A stretch of DNA of 64,000 nt from Catajapyx aquilonaris (taxonomy: Eukaryota): NCBI GenBank assembly GCA_000934665.2, contig KZ538526.1:1-64000 (forward strand). The letters run 5' to 3'. The number at the start of each line of letters is the position of its first letter. Positions within the stretch are counted from its first letter, which is position 1. The position numbers and the translations under genes were made by a program. Of the stretch, positions 47,702-60,003 are shown piece after piece. Below the pieces are notes generated by a model. That model worked only from the letters and a program-made list of their open reading frames with translations. It ran no database searches and was not told the origin of the DNA.

Positions 47702-49756
47702 TCAGTTCCTGCCATGAAATGCACTCTCTTTCGTAAAACTTAATGCTTTGTCAGTTTCTAATTCAATGGCTGCTAGTTGTGCCCTAAATTTCCGGTACTC
47801 GTTGATTGCTTTCTGGTTCAGTACTTCTTTCACCTTTTTCAATCCCTGGTCAACTACATAAATCTCTTTGGCAATTGTCCTCTTCAATTCATCATCGGAT
47901 TCTGTGGCATGCTCAGAGAGACATGCCTTTACATCTGCTGGCAGCAATGCAGTCAGCATCCGTACAAATAAATTCAGCTGGGATTGATTCCTGAAACATA
48001 AATGCAGGTTTAGCAGATTGCAAAATGCTGCTTATCAAAACTCAGCTGCCAAAATTAGGGTGTACATAACAATTTTGATTAGTCAGAGATAGACTGATGG
48101 AGAGAGTAACTGGGGATAATGCAATATTATAAACAAATTGTGATTATTTCACGAGCATGAAGACACAATATTATGATGAACCTTACTTGGCAAAAATGAA
48201 AAACTTGGTCTCCTCTGTCATGGTCACCAAAATCCATCCTCCTGCATCACTTGTAGGTTTGTAGAACACCGTCTCCTTCCCCTCAGCCTGCAGATGCATC
48301 TCCAGTTCCAGGTTCTTCATGAGGTCTTCAACATCCACTTTAGGGCTGTCACAATTCAGTGCAATGTCCAGGATTCCTTTAGTGCTCCAGGCAGCCAGTG
48401 ACAAAAAGTATTTCCTGAATCGATCTGAAGGATACATGGAATTCATTTTCTCAACATGTGGCAAAGAGTTGTCCAAGTAAAAATGGTCCAACAATAGTGT
48501 GTGATGCATTTCCTCCATGACATACGATGCTTCCCAAAATAATGTGATACGGCCAGGATCAGGTAAATCCACTTTCACTGAAATAAGTGCACGTTTTGAA
48601 GTCACATATTTGCCAGGTAGTAGAATCAATCCTCACCTGTTAAAAGAAGCATATCTCGAGTAACAACTCCTCTGCACTCTTCTAGATGTGGCAGGGACCC
48701 ATCCCATTTCAAGGTATTTGAAGTGTATATCAAATGCTTGCAATCAGAAGACATAAGAAAGCTCCTTATCTGACTTACTGCCGTAGTGGTACAAACACAT
48801 ATCTCAGCACACAAAATCCAGGACTCCGCAATCCTAAAGCTCCACGTATTCATGACATTCAAAGGAAGAACCCTTAATTCAGATAATTTTCCAGGAGAAA
48901 TTGGGCAATCGTCCTCTAAGCCAACAATGGTCACCTGAGACTGAAAAAGGAGCACGTGTAACATTATACCATGTGAAACAACTACACTATGTAAGAAGTG
49001 TAAATATTGTGAATTCAAATTCAACATTGGCACCTGAGGGAGGCCCTCATCATGGAAATTCCAAACATCACATTTTACCTCTTCAGTCATTGGGGCAGAA
49101 TCACCACCAAGAACAGATGCGAAGGATTTGATCATGTCATCTTCTTCCTCCACATCAATCAAGGTCCTTTGAAGTCCGCCTTGAATTCCCTCCAGAGTAC
49201 TTATCAAGGGATCAGATGCTGCAGTACCAGACACAACGACACTGTCAAGAGTCACATGAGGGTCCACAAAGTTCGAGCTCCCGTCCCTGTATTGCAGCTT
49301 CAACTTGTGACAACCTGTCTTCTTCGACAATGTCACCATTGCTGTGTGAGCATTTGGATACTTGTCAATTACCTGCAATGTTAGGAAAATCAGTACAACC
49401 TCATTTCAGACAAATGATCAAGACATTACCACAAGTGACACTCCTTCAACAATAAAGACTCCCTCTGTCGGTGAGACGACAATGTACACCCAGCCATCTG
49501 GAGAGTCTCTTGCCAAGGCCAAAATCCGGCTTGCATCTTTCACGCCGATGTCTGCTTGCCGTCGAATCTCCCTCGCCGCATTAATTTCATAAAGTACTCC
49601 TTCGTTGGTGCAAGCAACGCAGCAGGTACATCTCTTAGATGACCAAAAGGCCAAGCTGAAGAAGTTGGCCGCAGTGATGGACCGCACGAGAGACTGCGGC
49701 ACATACTTGACCCAATGAGGCTCCACTACGCTATCTCCAGCAGCAGAACTCGTCAT
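47702..49756 (-). CDS. uncharacterised ~550-aa protein, tentatively FANCB-like; exons 49756-49430, 49372-49034, ~48940-48637, 48577-48187, 47990-47702
   Basis: consecutive long ORFs joined by short phase-consistent introns; beta-rich N-terminus, central helical segment, C-terminal helix YRKFRAQLAAIELETDKAL; family call is from memory only. Confidence 0.65.
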
Positions 49757-50514
49757 TGCTGATCACCTACGATACATCTGGTGGAAACATTGACACTTGA
49801 AATTACTTGCGTTAATAATGTTACTGTATTTTTAAAAAACGATTTCCTTACAGAAATCCCCAAATGTGGTCACACAAAGGCACGTTGCAAGGCCAAAATC
49901 GCCATTTTTGGTCGGATATTGTACGCGCGCTTTCAGCCATAAAAAAACATTACTTTAAATTACATGCTCATATACAAATGTCACGTGCGAGTACCTTGTT
50001 TGGTAATTAGTTTATTAAATTAATCGAATTTAGGCGGGTGGAGCGAAGTTATTCCAGTATCGACTGACATCTGACCTCCAAGCACCTGACAAACGCCTGA
50101 TCTTTGACCTTTCATAAACGCTAGTGACCATCTATTATCATCCACCAACAACGTATAACTAATCCGCATAGCCAGCATAATATCTACATAATGAGCAGCA
50201 TAAAAACATGCAAAATGATAGCAATAGTTGATGGCGATTGCAGTAGTTGAGTCGGTACTGGTAATAAATCACATAACAATCACAGAAAGTACTTGAAGTA
50301 GTACACATAGAAGGCCGGAAATAGTAGCCCCGCCCTGCAGCCGTGCGTTAATAGATCATCAGACGGATCCAGCCAGTGCCAGGGAAGAATCACTGCAATC
50401 ACAATAAGGGAGGGACGGCCTTCCTCTTTACCAGTTGGCATAAGAGGTCCCAGCGTGGCAGACATCAGGAAGAGTGGTGGGGTGGAGGATGAGACAGACT
50501 CTTCTCCATGCAAC

Positions 50515-51559
50515 ATGCCTCTGCTGAACAGGGGCAGCAACAGGAGGGAGGTGGCGGAGGTCAACACGGGGTACGGGAGCAGGGCAGGGGACGGCATGGA
50601 GATGGATCCATTGAGGGAGACAGACGTTGACCCAAGGAGAAGAGGAGGGTGGGTTTCGCAGTTGCGCCAGGCGCCTACAGGGACAACATTAGTGTTTAGT
50701 TAAAACTGGCTGCATCATCAAGCCATTAATTCAGAAAAAATCACTGCATCTTGCACTGGCTTATCATTTAATGCTAATTTTCATATTTCAGTTGACTCTG
50801 GATATAACAGCGTCAGCCATAACGGACGTTCAGTTATAACAGACTCGAAATGCCGGTCCTGTCATACTTCCATAAGGCCCTATGTATTTTTTCTCCTGAT
50901 ATAACAGACTAATTGGATGGTGTATGCAATAATGGGTCAACCCACAAAAATGTCAGAATTGAGTTAAGCTCAGGAACATACACCCTACTGCATTCAGTTA
51001 AAATCACGCTGGTGAAATATGCATCCTTCTGCCGTAAATGAGTGAAAATAATACTGAATTCATTTCACAGGTATGACTTTCAAAGCCCCTTTTCTCAAAA
51101 CTGTTTTCATGTGGGTTGACTTATTATTGCACAACACCATCCAATTTTACCTCATCTCGGGTATAAGCGTATAACAGACCATTTCTTAGCCCCTACGTGG
51201 CAAAATATGTTGATTTTGATTACTCAGCTTCCTTTCCCACGTGAGAAAAGCACTGCATACTGGAGAGAGAGTGATTTGTGTATCTGTCACTGATCTAACC
51301 ATGGGATCTAACACTTGCAGAAAATCTCAAAATCATTCTTTTTTGGGGGGTCATGCGTAATTTACAGATGAACTAATTTTGCATTTTGTGAATAGTTTCA
51401 TCAATCAGTGTGCAGTTGTGTGCATTATAAACATTGGGAAAGCAGAAAATTTTGCATATTCGTTGCAAAAGTGGAGATTTGTCTGTAACAGACCTGGGTT
51501 ATTGCAGACTTTTACTTTTTTCCATGGTCCATTGAAGTCTGTTATATCCGGATTTAACT

Positions 51560-51610
<51 letters not shown>

Positions 51611-54107
51611 TTATTATTATTTACTGTATTTTTATGATATGTGAGGATAACAAGAAGCTTCTCCTACACCGTGAATGATGGTGGTGATATTATAATCCTG
51701 GTACACCCCATTATTCATAGGTCATGGTTCAACTAGAGCGGAACTATCCTAGTTCTGTGGCTGTTCTCGGTAGTGTAAACCACAAGCTGCACACTTGTTG
51801 TAACCCTGTTTCCTGTTTTGTTCAGGGTCAACCAAAACTTCCTCATGTCAGTGACTCATAATTATATCCTTGAGGCCCTGTTTATATCAAGCAACTTAGA
51901 AGGTTCACATAGTTTTTGCTTATGAGGACAGACAGTTTCTGGCGCACTGCCTTTTTAGACAGTGACAGAGCGTGGTATTCTCCTGGGCATTTGGTTACCT
52001 TTGACACTTGTGGCTGCAACTGGTTGTTATTGATATAGTGGCCATTAAGGTGCATCCATTTCCATTAAAAAGTATTTGCATGATTTTAAGCTTGACAAGG
52101 TTTTGATTGCTTATTGAATGATTACATCAGATTGTCAGATGTGCAATTCATGAGCCAGTTTCAATTATTATTTGAAACCATTGCAAGTGGCATGACAGAA
52201 TTTCAGTTGTTAATTACATGTAAATTCTATAGCTGTAGCATGCATTACACTGATCAAATCCACTGTTGGCGAGATGCTACGTATTTATGCACAGGGTTTA
52301 GCATGTAACTACGTTACTTTGCGTGATTTACCATGATTAACTCAGTCCTACTATTCTTAACGAGCATAATTAGAGGAATGTAACCCTTCACAGCAACCTT
52401 GGAAGACCAATTTTGTAATATAAATCTGCAGTGAACCAGTATTCTCTGCTGCCTCTTAAGTAATTCCATTTATAATGCTTGCCAAGACAGCATAGCTGCT
52501 CCCACATAATTCCCATCAAACTAGACCTACTTTTCCCAGATGCTCATTGATGAAATGGATAGTAACTTTTCTGGACGAATACTTATTGTACATGTTGTGC
52601 ATGTTTAGGAATACATTTTTCTGGATGTTAATTTTTATTAGGCAAATGAGTTACTCTAATATTTGAAAGAACGTGTGTAACAAAGACTTCCAGTTGTAAA
52701 GTATGTTCCTGTTTATCAGTATGCTAGTTATTTAATTGTAATAAATTTTATTAACATCTAACTGTAATCATAGTGTAATTCTGGATAGGTATGTTAATGA
52801 ACTCACAGTGTGTTAGTTCGTAACAGCTTAGTGATTGATAGGTACTTGCTTGGATAACTTCCAAAACGGACTTTTAGCTCTATTCACAGTGTGATGTTCT
52901 CCAACCTCGTCAAACAATTCTATTAAAACAATAAACATTGGGAGCCTTTCTTTGCTTTCTTTCCAAGCAGAACCTCATTTGACTTCAATAAATCTTAAAG
53001 CAATTGTTTGGTCCCGGCAATAGTTTTCTTACCAAAATAATCCTGCGTACGGTGGTGGATTATTACACACTGATAATAATTCATGCAACTTGTGACTTTT
53101 AGACCTCCAATTGCTGGCCCAGAAATGTCAGAAAATGGAGATGATACTGATGGCATGGGAATAGATGATGGCCTTCTTCCTCCATCTGGCCCAACCCCAA
53201 GACCTGCCACCCCCAGAGAGGAGCCGGAGCCAAGGGGAGGGAGGGAGAATCCATTCATTCCAGTCAGACCCGTAAGTTCATTCAGTCTGGTCTTACAAAA
53301 TATGCAATTAAAATGGCTATTATTTCTGGTTTTTCCACAAGGGTTTCATCCCAGTTGATGTGAACCTGTATGCAACCAAGAAGACAGTAGCGCAAGGGAT
53401 GATGGATCTGGCCCTTCTCTCTGCAAATGCAAACCAGTTGCGCTATGTCCTTGAGAGCAGAAGCACGAACATGTACTACTATGTGAATATTGTCCTTATC
53501 TCCATCAGCATTGCTCTGCAGGTTGGTCCGTTTCTGAAAATATGTATGGCAAAGCTAGAATCTGTCTCTGAAATCTGAGATAGGTGTTTCCATAGCTTCT
53601 TCTTCACAAAGTCAGAGGTGAAAAAGAACCTGTTTTAGTAGCAGAATATTCTATGTAAAGTTATTCACTTCTAGTGAGAGTAATTTACTACTTTTGCACT
53701 ACAGTTTTGAATAGTAGCCTAGTATTTTTTCTGAAACCTGGCATTCTGTAGTTTGCTATATTGTCTTAAAATCGAAAATTAATATTTGTCATTAAAAATA
53801 AGTTTTACATAATCATATTCATACACTGGTGCATATTCAAGAACAGCTCACAAAATGATATTTCATTTCAGAGTGTCGCAAGACTCACAAACTATTGTCT
53901 TTTCTTATTTAGTTAGCCGTTGGAGTTGGACTCATCTTGATTGGACGTTACAACCTCAATCGTGAGCGGGATGTGCCAAAGGCAGACAAAGTGAACAACG
54001 TACTTATTCTAGGAATCTTCCTAATTACTGTTATCAATGTTTTTATCTCTGCTTTTGGAATTGAAGAAGCTGAGGTTATTCCCATGCCTGGAGGAGCAGT
54101 CATCTGA
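50515..54107 (+). CDS. ninjurin; exons 50515-50648, 53103-53271, 53342-53521, 53913-54107
   Basis: NLYATKKTVAQGMMDLALLSANANQLRYVL, ISISIALQ|LAVGVGLI, IFLITVINVFISAF. Confidence 0.92.
50789..51560. mobile_element. pogo/Tigger-like non-autonomous element containing a nested MITE
   Basis: termini cagttgactctggatataacag / ctgttatatccggatttaactg, repeated (t)ataacagac submotifs. Confidence 0.7.
50911..51146. mobile_element. ~240-bp MITE family copy 3, nested
   Basis: aattggatggtgtatgcaataatgggtcaacccaca ... tgtgggttgacttattattgcacaacaccatccaatt. Confidence 0.85.
51561..51621. repeat. (TAT)n microsatellite
   Basis: direct reading. Confidence 0.95.
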
Positions 54108-54551
54108 AATTATTTCTTAAACCACATTCAAATATTGAGGTGTTCCCTATAGCAAGGCCATGTACAAAGTGAGACACTAGATGTGCTGTAGTTCCTTGAA
54201 TCTCAGCCAGTCATTACCGCTCCTGAGACTAGCCAAGCCAATGCCACATGAGACCAACGTCTACCAACGCTTATTTCATTTCAGTTTATTTTTTAATGCA
54301 GAGTCACTGGTGCCTTGTGTGTTAATCTGCCTTCCACAGTTGTGATTAGCCAGCTTTCAGCATGCTGGTAACACTTGTTTCTATTTTCAGATGTGACGCT
54401 TTTATAAACATCATAGACCTCATTTCTAACATGCATGTACTAGACTGCTAATTTTTGCAAGCATTAGCACAGAATTAGAGGCTGATTTAACTCCAAATGT
54501 GGAACAAAATAGTTCACTTAAAAAGCAGATGTCACGAGCATCTTGTAATAT

Positions 54552-55415
54552 AGTAAAACCTGTCTGTAACACAACTGGGATTGAGTGGAAATGTGTCTAT
54601 TGCAGAATTCGTCCTGCCAATGGTTTTGTTGTGTACCATATGTTTCATAATATATTAAGGTAACATTTGTATTGATAAAAATGTTGCAGACTGTTCTCTG
54701 ATCAGCTGGCAGTTCTGCATATATGCTAGACAGCAGATAAAGGGGGCCGAAATGTTTGAGGATAGGGTTTGGTCTTACCTGACAGGGTGACATGAAGGAA
54801 AGTGTGATTAAATAATAATCACCTGCGATTTATCTTTGCCTAGTACAGAAATAGTTACAAGTGTAAGTACTCCTTGTAATATTAATTCTCTGGAGACATT
54901 GTTGATGTCAATAATTATTCAACCAGTGTCACTAGCATGTCAAGCTAGGCTACATCATATGTTAAAGGGTTCCCAATTTATTGATTTAATAGAGGGCTTG
55001 CTGTCCAAACATCTCGAATTTTTAATTAATCAGAGAGCAGTCTGCAACATTTTCGCCTGTACAAATGTAACATTTATATGGGCGACACGGTGGCGTAGTG
55101 GTTAGCGCCGCAGCCTTCCACTTCTAAGGTCCCGAGTTTGGTCCCCAGGTCGGACGGAGGATACTTATGAGAATAGAGTTTCGATTGGTTCTCCCATTTC
55201 CTCCCACAATCAAAATCCATCACAGCGCAGGCAATGATTAAAGACGGTTCATGAAAAGATGATCCCCTAAGAGGCCCAGGGAGGCCTATCATGGGATATC
55301 CATTATTATTATGATTAAAATGTAACATTTATTATGAAACACATGATGTATAACACAAGCTTGTCCAACATATAATTTTGTTGAAACAGAATGAATTCTC
55401 CAGACAGGTTTTACT
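54552..55415. mobile_element. old foldback element whose right arm is interrupted by the SINE
   Basis: agtaaaacctgtctg / cagacaggttttact outer ends; aaaatgttgcagactgttctctgat / atcagagagcagtctgcaacatttt inner ends. Confidence 0.65.
55080..55317 (+). mobile_element. tRNA-derived SINE copy 2, with internal deletion in the V-like core
   Basis: colinear with 10621-10900; 15-bp TSD aaatgtaacatttat (55063-55077 / 55318-55332); (ATT)n tail. Confidence 0.85.
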
Positions 55416-57361
55416 GTAGGCTACATTGCAATTGAATTTTTATATGCATTGGTATGGAGATGACTGCCAAAAATGTATGTCGCTTATATTCAGGTTTGCT
55501 TGCGCATGCAAGAAAGATAGCACTGATATGGACCAAAGCTCATGTGATTGGTACAGTTGTTTGTAATAGTTGATTGCTTCTGTGTTCTGGTGGAGTTTGT
55601 CATTACTAGTTTTTATACAGAGATAACTGCCATACAATTAACTACTAAGGAATAATGTTCCATTCTGTGTGAGATTACTAAAATTTAATTGTAAGTGATA
55701 TTCCCATCTGAGCAGTTGTTCCACAAGTTTCTCATTAGCTTGTGTCGCAATATTGCCTCTACAGATTAGTGTGGTTTCAGACAACTGGGAAAAGGACATT
55801 TCACCAATAGACAGTGCTAATTTCTGACCCCTTCAGTGAGATGGAACAGAACATTACGTGAACTATCAGTGTAGGAAATATCCATTTGAATAACTTGAAC
55901 AATTTAAGCTTATTTGTAGGAGCTGTTCCTATGAGTACTATTGGTTACTATTGATGTGATTTCAGATAAATGGAATATGCTGCTGAAAAAGTTACAGATC
56001 TTTTGTTGAGATGTAATTCACCCAGCTGTCATTGAACCGTTATGAACCATGTGGAGACAGTAGCTCATCTTTCAAGGGAGATGGAAACTCAGGATTTACT
56101 GAATAGAAACCCTACGAGCTTTCATTCATCGAAAGAACATGATAAAAGCCTGTAAATAGAATCAGAAATTGGAAGTCATTATTTTCTTCTGGAACTGATT
56201 TCTGGGCTAATTTTAAATTGTAATACACTTCCACTTGCAAGTAGCTTCCAGCAAGTTTTAACAATAATGCTAATGTATAATATATTACAGGAAGTACTTA
56301 CGTGTCAGGGTTGTGTTATGCAAGTCACAATGCAGAGGAGAAATAGAGCTTGTTTACTCACTAAAATCACTGACATTCCCAAGGCAGATGTTGAAAAAAT
56401 ATGCTTGTTGGGTATGAAATTATTGGTGATGGTGGCAGACCATCAGGCATTCAACTTAATTTCAATGCATAATATCTGTTCACTTATCCAACAAGCTGAG
56501 TATTAAGATAATTGAGAGCTTTGAAATAATTGGTAACTATTCCTCCTGAAACTAGACAGTTGGAATGACTTCCTAACATTAGCCTACTACTGTAAAGTTG
56601 AAGTGGCAGTAAAACAAGATGAGTTGTGTGCATAAAATATAATGACGAACCTCCTGTGCATAAGTGAATATATATGTTGTGCTTCCTGCAAAAAAAAGAA
56701 AAAAAAGTTATTTGAATTCATTACTACGTCGTCACTAAGATGAATGGCAAGATGACTACAAAATGCAGCGTTGTCTTGTACACCATTACATAACTGCAAT
56801 GCTTCCACAGCATGTTCTCACAGTACCTAAATGTTGCCATGCTTGTCAAAGCAGTACCTGTACTTGTCAGTTTTGCACCTGCCAGGGGTTACTATGCATT
56901 TACATTGGTGTTGTGCAATGAAAAATTAAAGGATCTCTATAAAATACATTAATATGCCAAGCATCTGAGTATGTAATTAATATTGTAGAGGATTGTATTG
57001 AGTGTTACTAACTTTGCAAGCATAATTTTTACATATGATTATTTTGACGAGCCTATGGAGGGTCAACTGCCTTGCAAGTAGTTTATGGAATATATGCATG
57101 GGCCTAAGTGTGATGTTACTGATAATTGTGGTGCAAATGTGACCTGTTGGAAATGTTAATGGCAATCTTTGTGCAATAAGCTTGTCCTTGGTCTTAAAAA
57201 TTTAGCAGGTGGATCTCAATTCTAGATTCTCACTGGATTCCTAAGAACTTGTTAATTTCGTACTTAATACTTTACTTTTTACTTCACTATTCTTTGGCTG
57301 TGGGGAAGGATGTTACATGAACATGTAATGCCTCATGATGATAATAAACCTGTCTGTGAAA

Positions 57362-58227
57362 TCACTGCTCATAATAAGCCACGTGGTCTCCAGACTTATA
57401 CTCGTTGCCTTCCAGAATGCTCACCAGCCGTTGCACAGTTGTGTTACAGTCAAGCAAACCTCTGGCCCCCTCCTTTGACTGGGCCATGTCCATGAAGGCC
57501 TTTTTCGTGCCAGGATCAACGGTTTCTTTTACAGCACTTGCGAACATGTCAGTGTCTATGGGGCCAGGGCTGTAACTGAGCACCTTTATGGAAGGATTTT
57601 CTTCTGCTAGAACACGGAAGTACATCTCTCTGGCTGCTTTTCCAGTGCAGTAGAGACCCATGGTAGCCAGTGGTTTAACTGCAGCCAAGGAAGTCATGTT
57701 GATTATGGTGATAGTTGCAGAGCCTCCAGCAGGGAAGACACGGAGGAATGCACAAGTTAGAGACATCGTGCTGCACAGATTGGTCTGGAAAAGATTAATT
57801 TGCAGTAAATTCCTGATTTCTAACTGGAATGAGTGGATTAGCTGACCTGGAAGTAGTCCTGGTAGACATTGTCATTGTACTGGCTGCAATAGTGTGTTAA
57901 CCCACCAGTAGTTCCGGCATTGTGAACCAAAATGGCAGAGGGGAATGATTCTCCTTTGACAACCTTCGTAATAGCCGAGTGGAAGGCTTCAGTTGAGGTG
58001 TCCTTAGGAGAGGCAAGATCAACTGCAGCGAGTTCCACATGCACAGAGGACGAGACAGCAAGGACTTGGGTCCGTGTCTCCTCCAATCCCTGCTGGCTGC
58101 GAGCCATCAGGAGGAGGACAGAGCCTGGGCCCATCCTCCGTCCAAACTCAATGGCTATGGTGCGTCCTATGCCTCTGCTGGCTCCAGTCACCAGGCAAAA
58201 GGCCCGCTCTCCCCAAGGGTCAGGCAT
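57362..58227 (-). CDS. SPR: sepiapterin reductase (SDR family), copy A; exons 58227-57847, 57784-57362; 267 aa
   Basis: LVTGASRGIG, LVHNAG, YCTGKAAREM, VLSYSPGPIDTDM, YKSGDHV. Confidence 0.9.
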
Positions 58228-58723
58228 TTCTGGAGCTGCCAAAGAGACAATCGTTTCTTCTACACAAGAAGCAGAAGGGGTATCTCTGAGAAGTTGAGAT
58301 CAACCACTTGTGGAATCTGTCTTGGAAGAATGCCAAGGGTAGATAATTATCAGGTTAGGTGGCTGTGTTGCCAAATGTACTGGTCCAATGGGACCGAGGT
58401 CTCCTCACCATCTCAAGCATGCTTCCTTTGCTTGCCACATGTTAAGCACCTGTATAATATCTGCATTTTATACTCCCTCTGGGCTATTTTGGAGTCAAAA
58501 TTTTTAGTTAGGATGATGTAATCTGCAAATTGTAGAAATAAGGCATCTTGGTTCAGTCTAATGCTCACTCCTTTGCAACCTTGTTTGTCCATCTCTTCCT
58601 TGAGGTCTGCTAGATACTAATGAAATGCTTAATACTTTTCACTTCACTTTATTCTTGAGTTGTGTGCCAGGATGTTACATGGACATTTAATGGCTCGTGA
58701 TGATGATATACCTGTCTGTGGAA

Positions 58724-59630
58724 TCACTTGTCAAAATAATCCACATGGTCTCCAGACTTATACTTGTTGCCTTCTAGAATGCCAACCAGTCTCTGCACAG
58801 TTGTGCTACAGTCAAGCACTCCTCTGACCCCATCCTTCGACTGGGCCATTTCATTAAAGGCCTTTTTCATTTCAGGATCGATTGATTCTTTTCCAATGCT
58901 TCTGAACATGTCAGTATCCACAGGTCCTGGGCTGTAATTGAGCACCTTTATGGAAGGATTTTCTGCTGCTAGAACACGGAAGTACATCTCCCTGGCTGCT
59001 TTTCCAGTGCAATAGAGACCCAAGGTAGCCATTGGTTGAATGGCAGCCAAGGAAGTCATATTGATCAAGGTGACAGCTGCTGATCCTCCAGCAGGGAAGA
59101 TGCGGAGGAATGCACATGTTAGAGACATGGTGCTGTACAGATTGGTCTGGAAAATAATTACTTGCTGTGAGTACATGATTTTTGACTGGAATGAGCTTAT
59201 TCTGGTGTGTGGGAGAGATGAGTAGCGGTGGTAGCGTGTATAAGCTGACCTGGAAGTAGTCCTGGTAGACATCGTCATTGTACTGGCTGCAATAGTATGC
59301 CACCCCACCAGTAGTTCCGGCATTGTGAACCAAAATGGCAGAGGGGAATGATTCTCCTTTGACAACCTTCGTAATAGCCGAGTGGAAGGCTTCAGTTGAG
59401 GTGTCCTTAGGAGAGGCAAGATCAACTGCAGCGAGTTCCACATGCACAGAGGACGAGACAGCAAGGACTTGGGTCCGTGTCTCCTCCAATCCCTGCTGGC
59501 TGCGAGCCATCAGGAGGAGGACGGAGCCTGGGCCCATCCTCCGTCCAAACTCAATGGCTATGGTGCGTCCTATGCCTCTGCTGGCTCCAGTCACCAGGCA
59601 AAAGGCACGCTCTCCCCAAGGGTCAGGCAT
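58724..59630 (-). CDS. SPR: sepiapterin reductase, copy B; exons 59630-59250, 59146-58724; 267 aa
   Basis: same motifs, VLNYSPGPVDTDM, SGDHVDYFD; exon lengths (381+423) identical to copy A. Confidence 0.92.
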
Positions 59631-60003
59631 TTCTGGAGCTGGTAGAGACACCGGTTTCTTCTGCACAAGAAGCAAACGTATCAACCTGAGGTTCAACCAC
59701 TTGTGGAATCCTTCCTGGAATAATGCCAAGTAGATTATATAATCAGTGTGGCGGCTGTTGCCAAATGTACCTGTCCACAGGGTGCGTCCAAAAGGAAGCA
59801 TGGATGCCAACTGGCCTGAATTTTGTGTTGGTCACCCTGCGTAAATCTCATGAAATCAATACATGAAAGAATATTTCAGTACAAAATTTATTCCAAAGAA
59901 CCATGGTACACCATTTGGATTGCGGCTCAATCCACACCATAACTTTTTTCTTTGTTTCCTTATAAAAATTGAACACAGTGTGTAAAATACGAAATCAGGC
60001 GTA

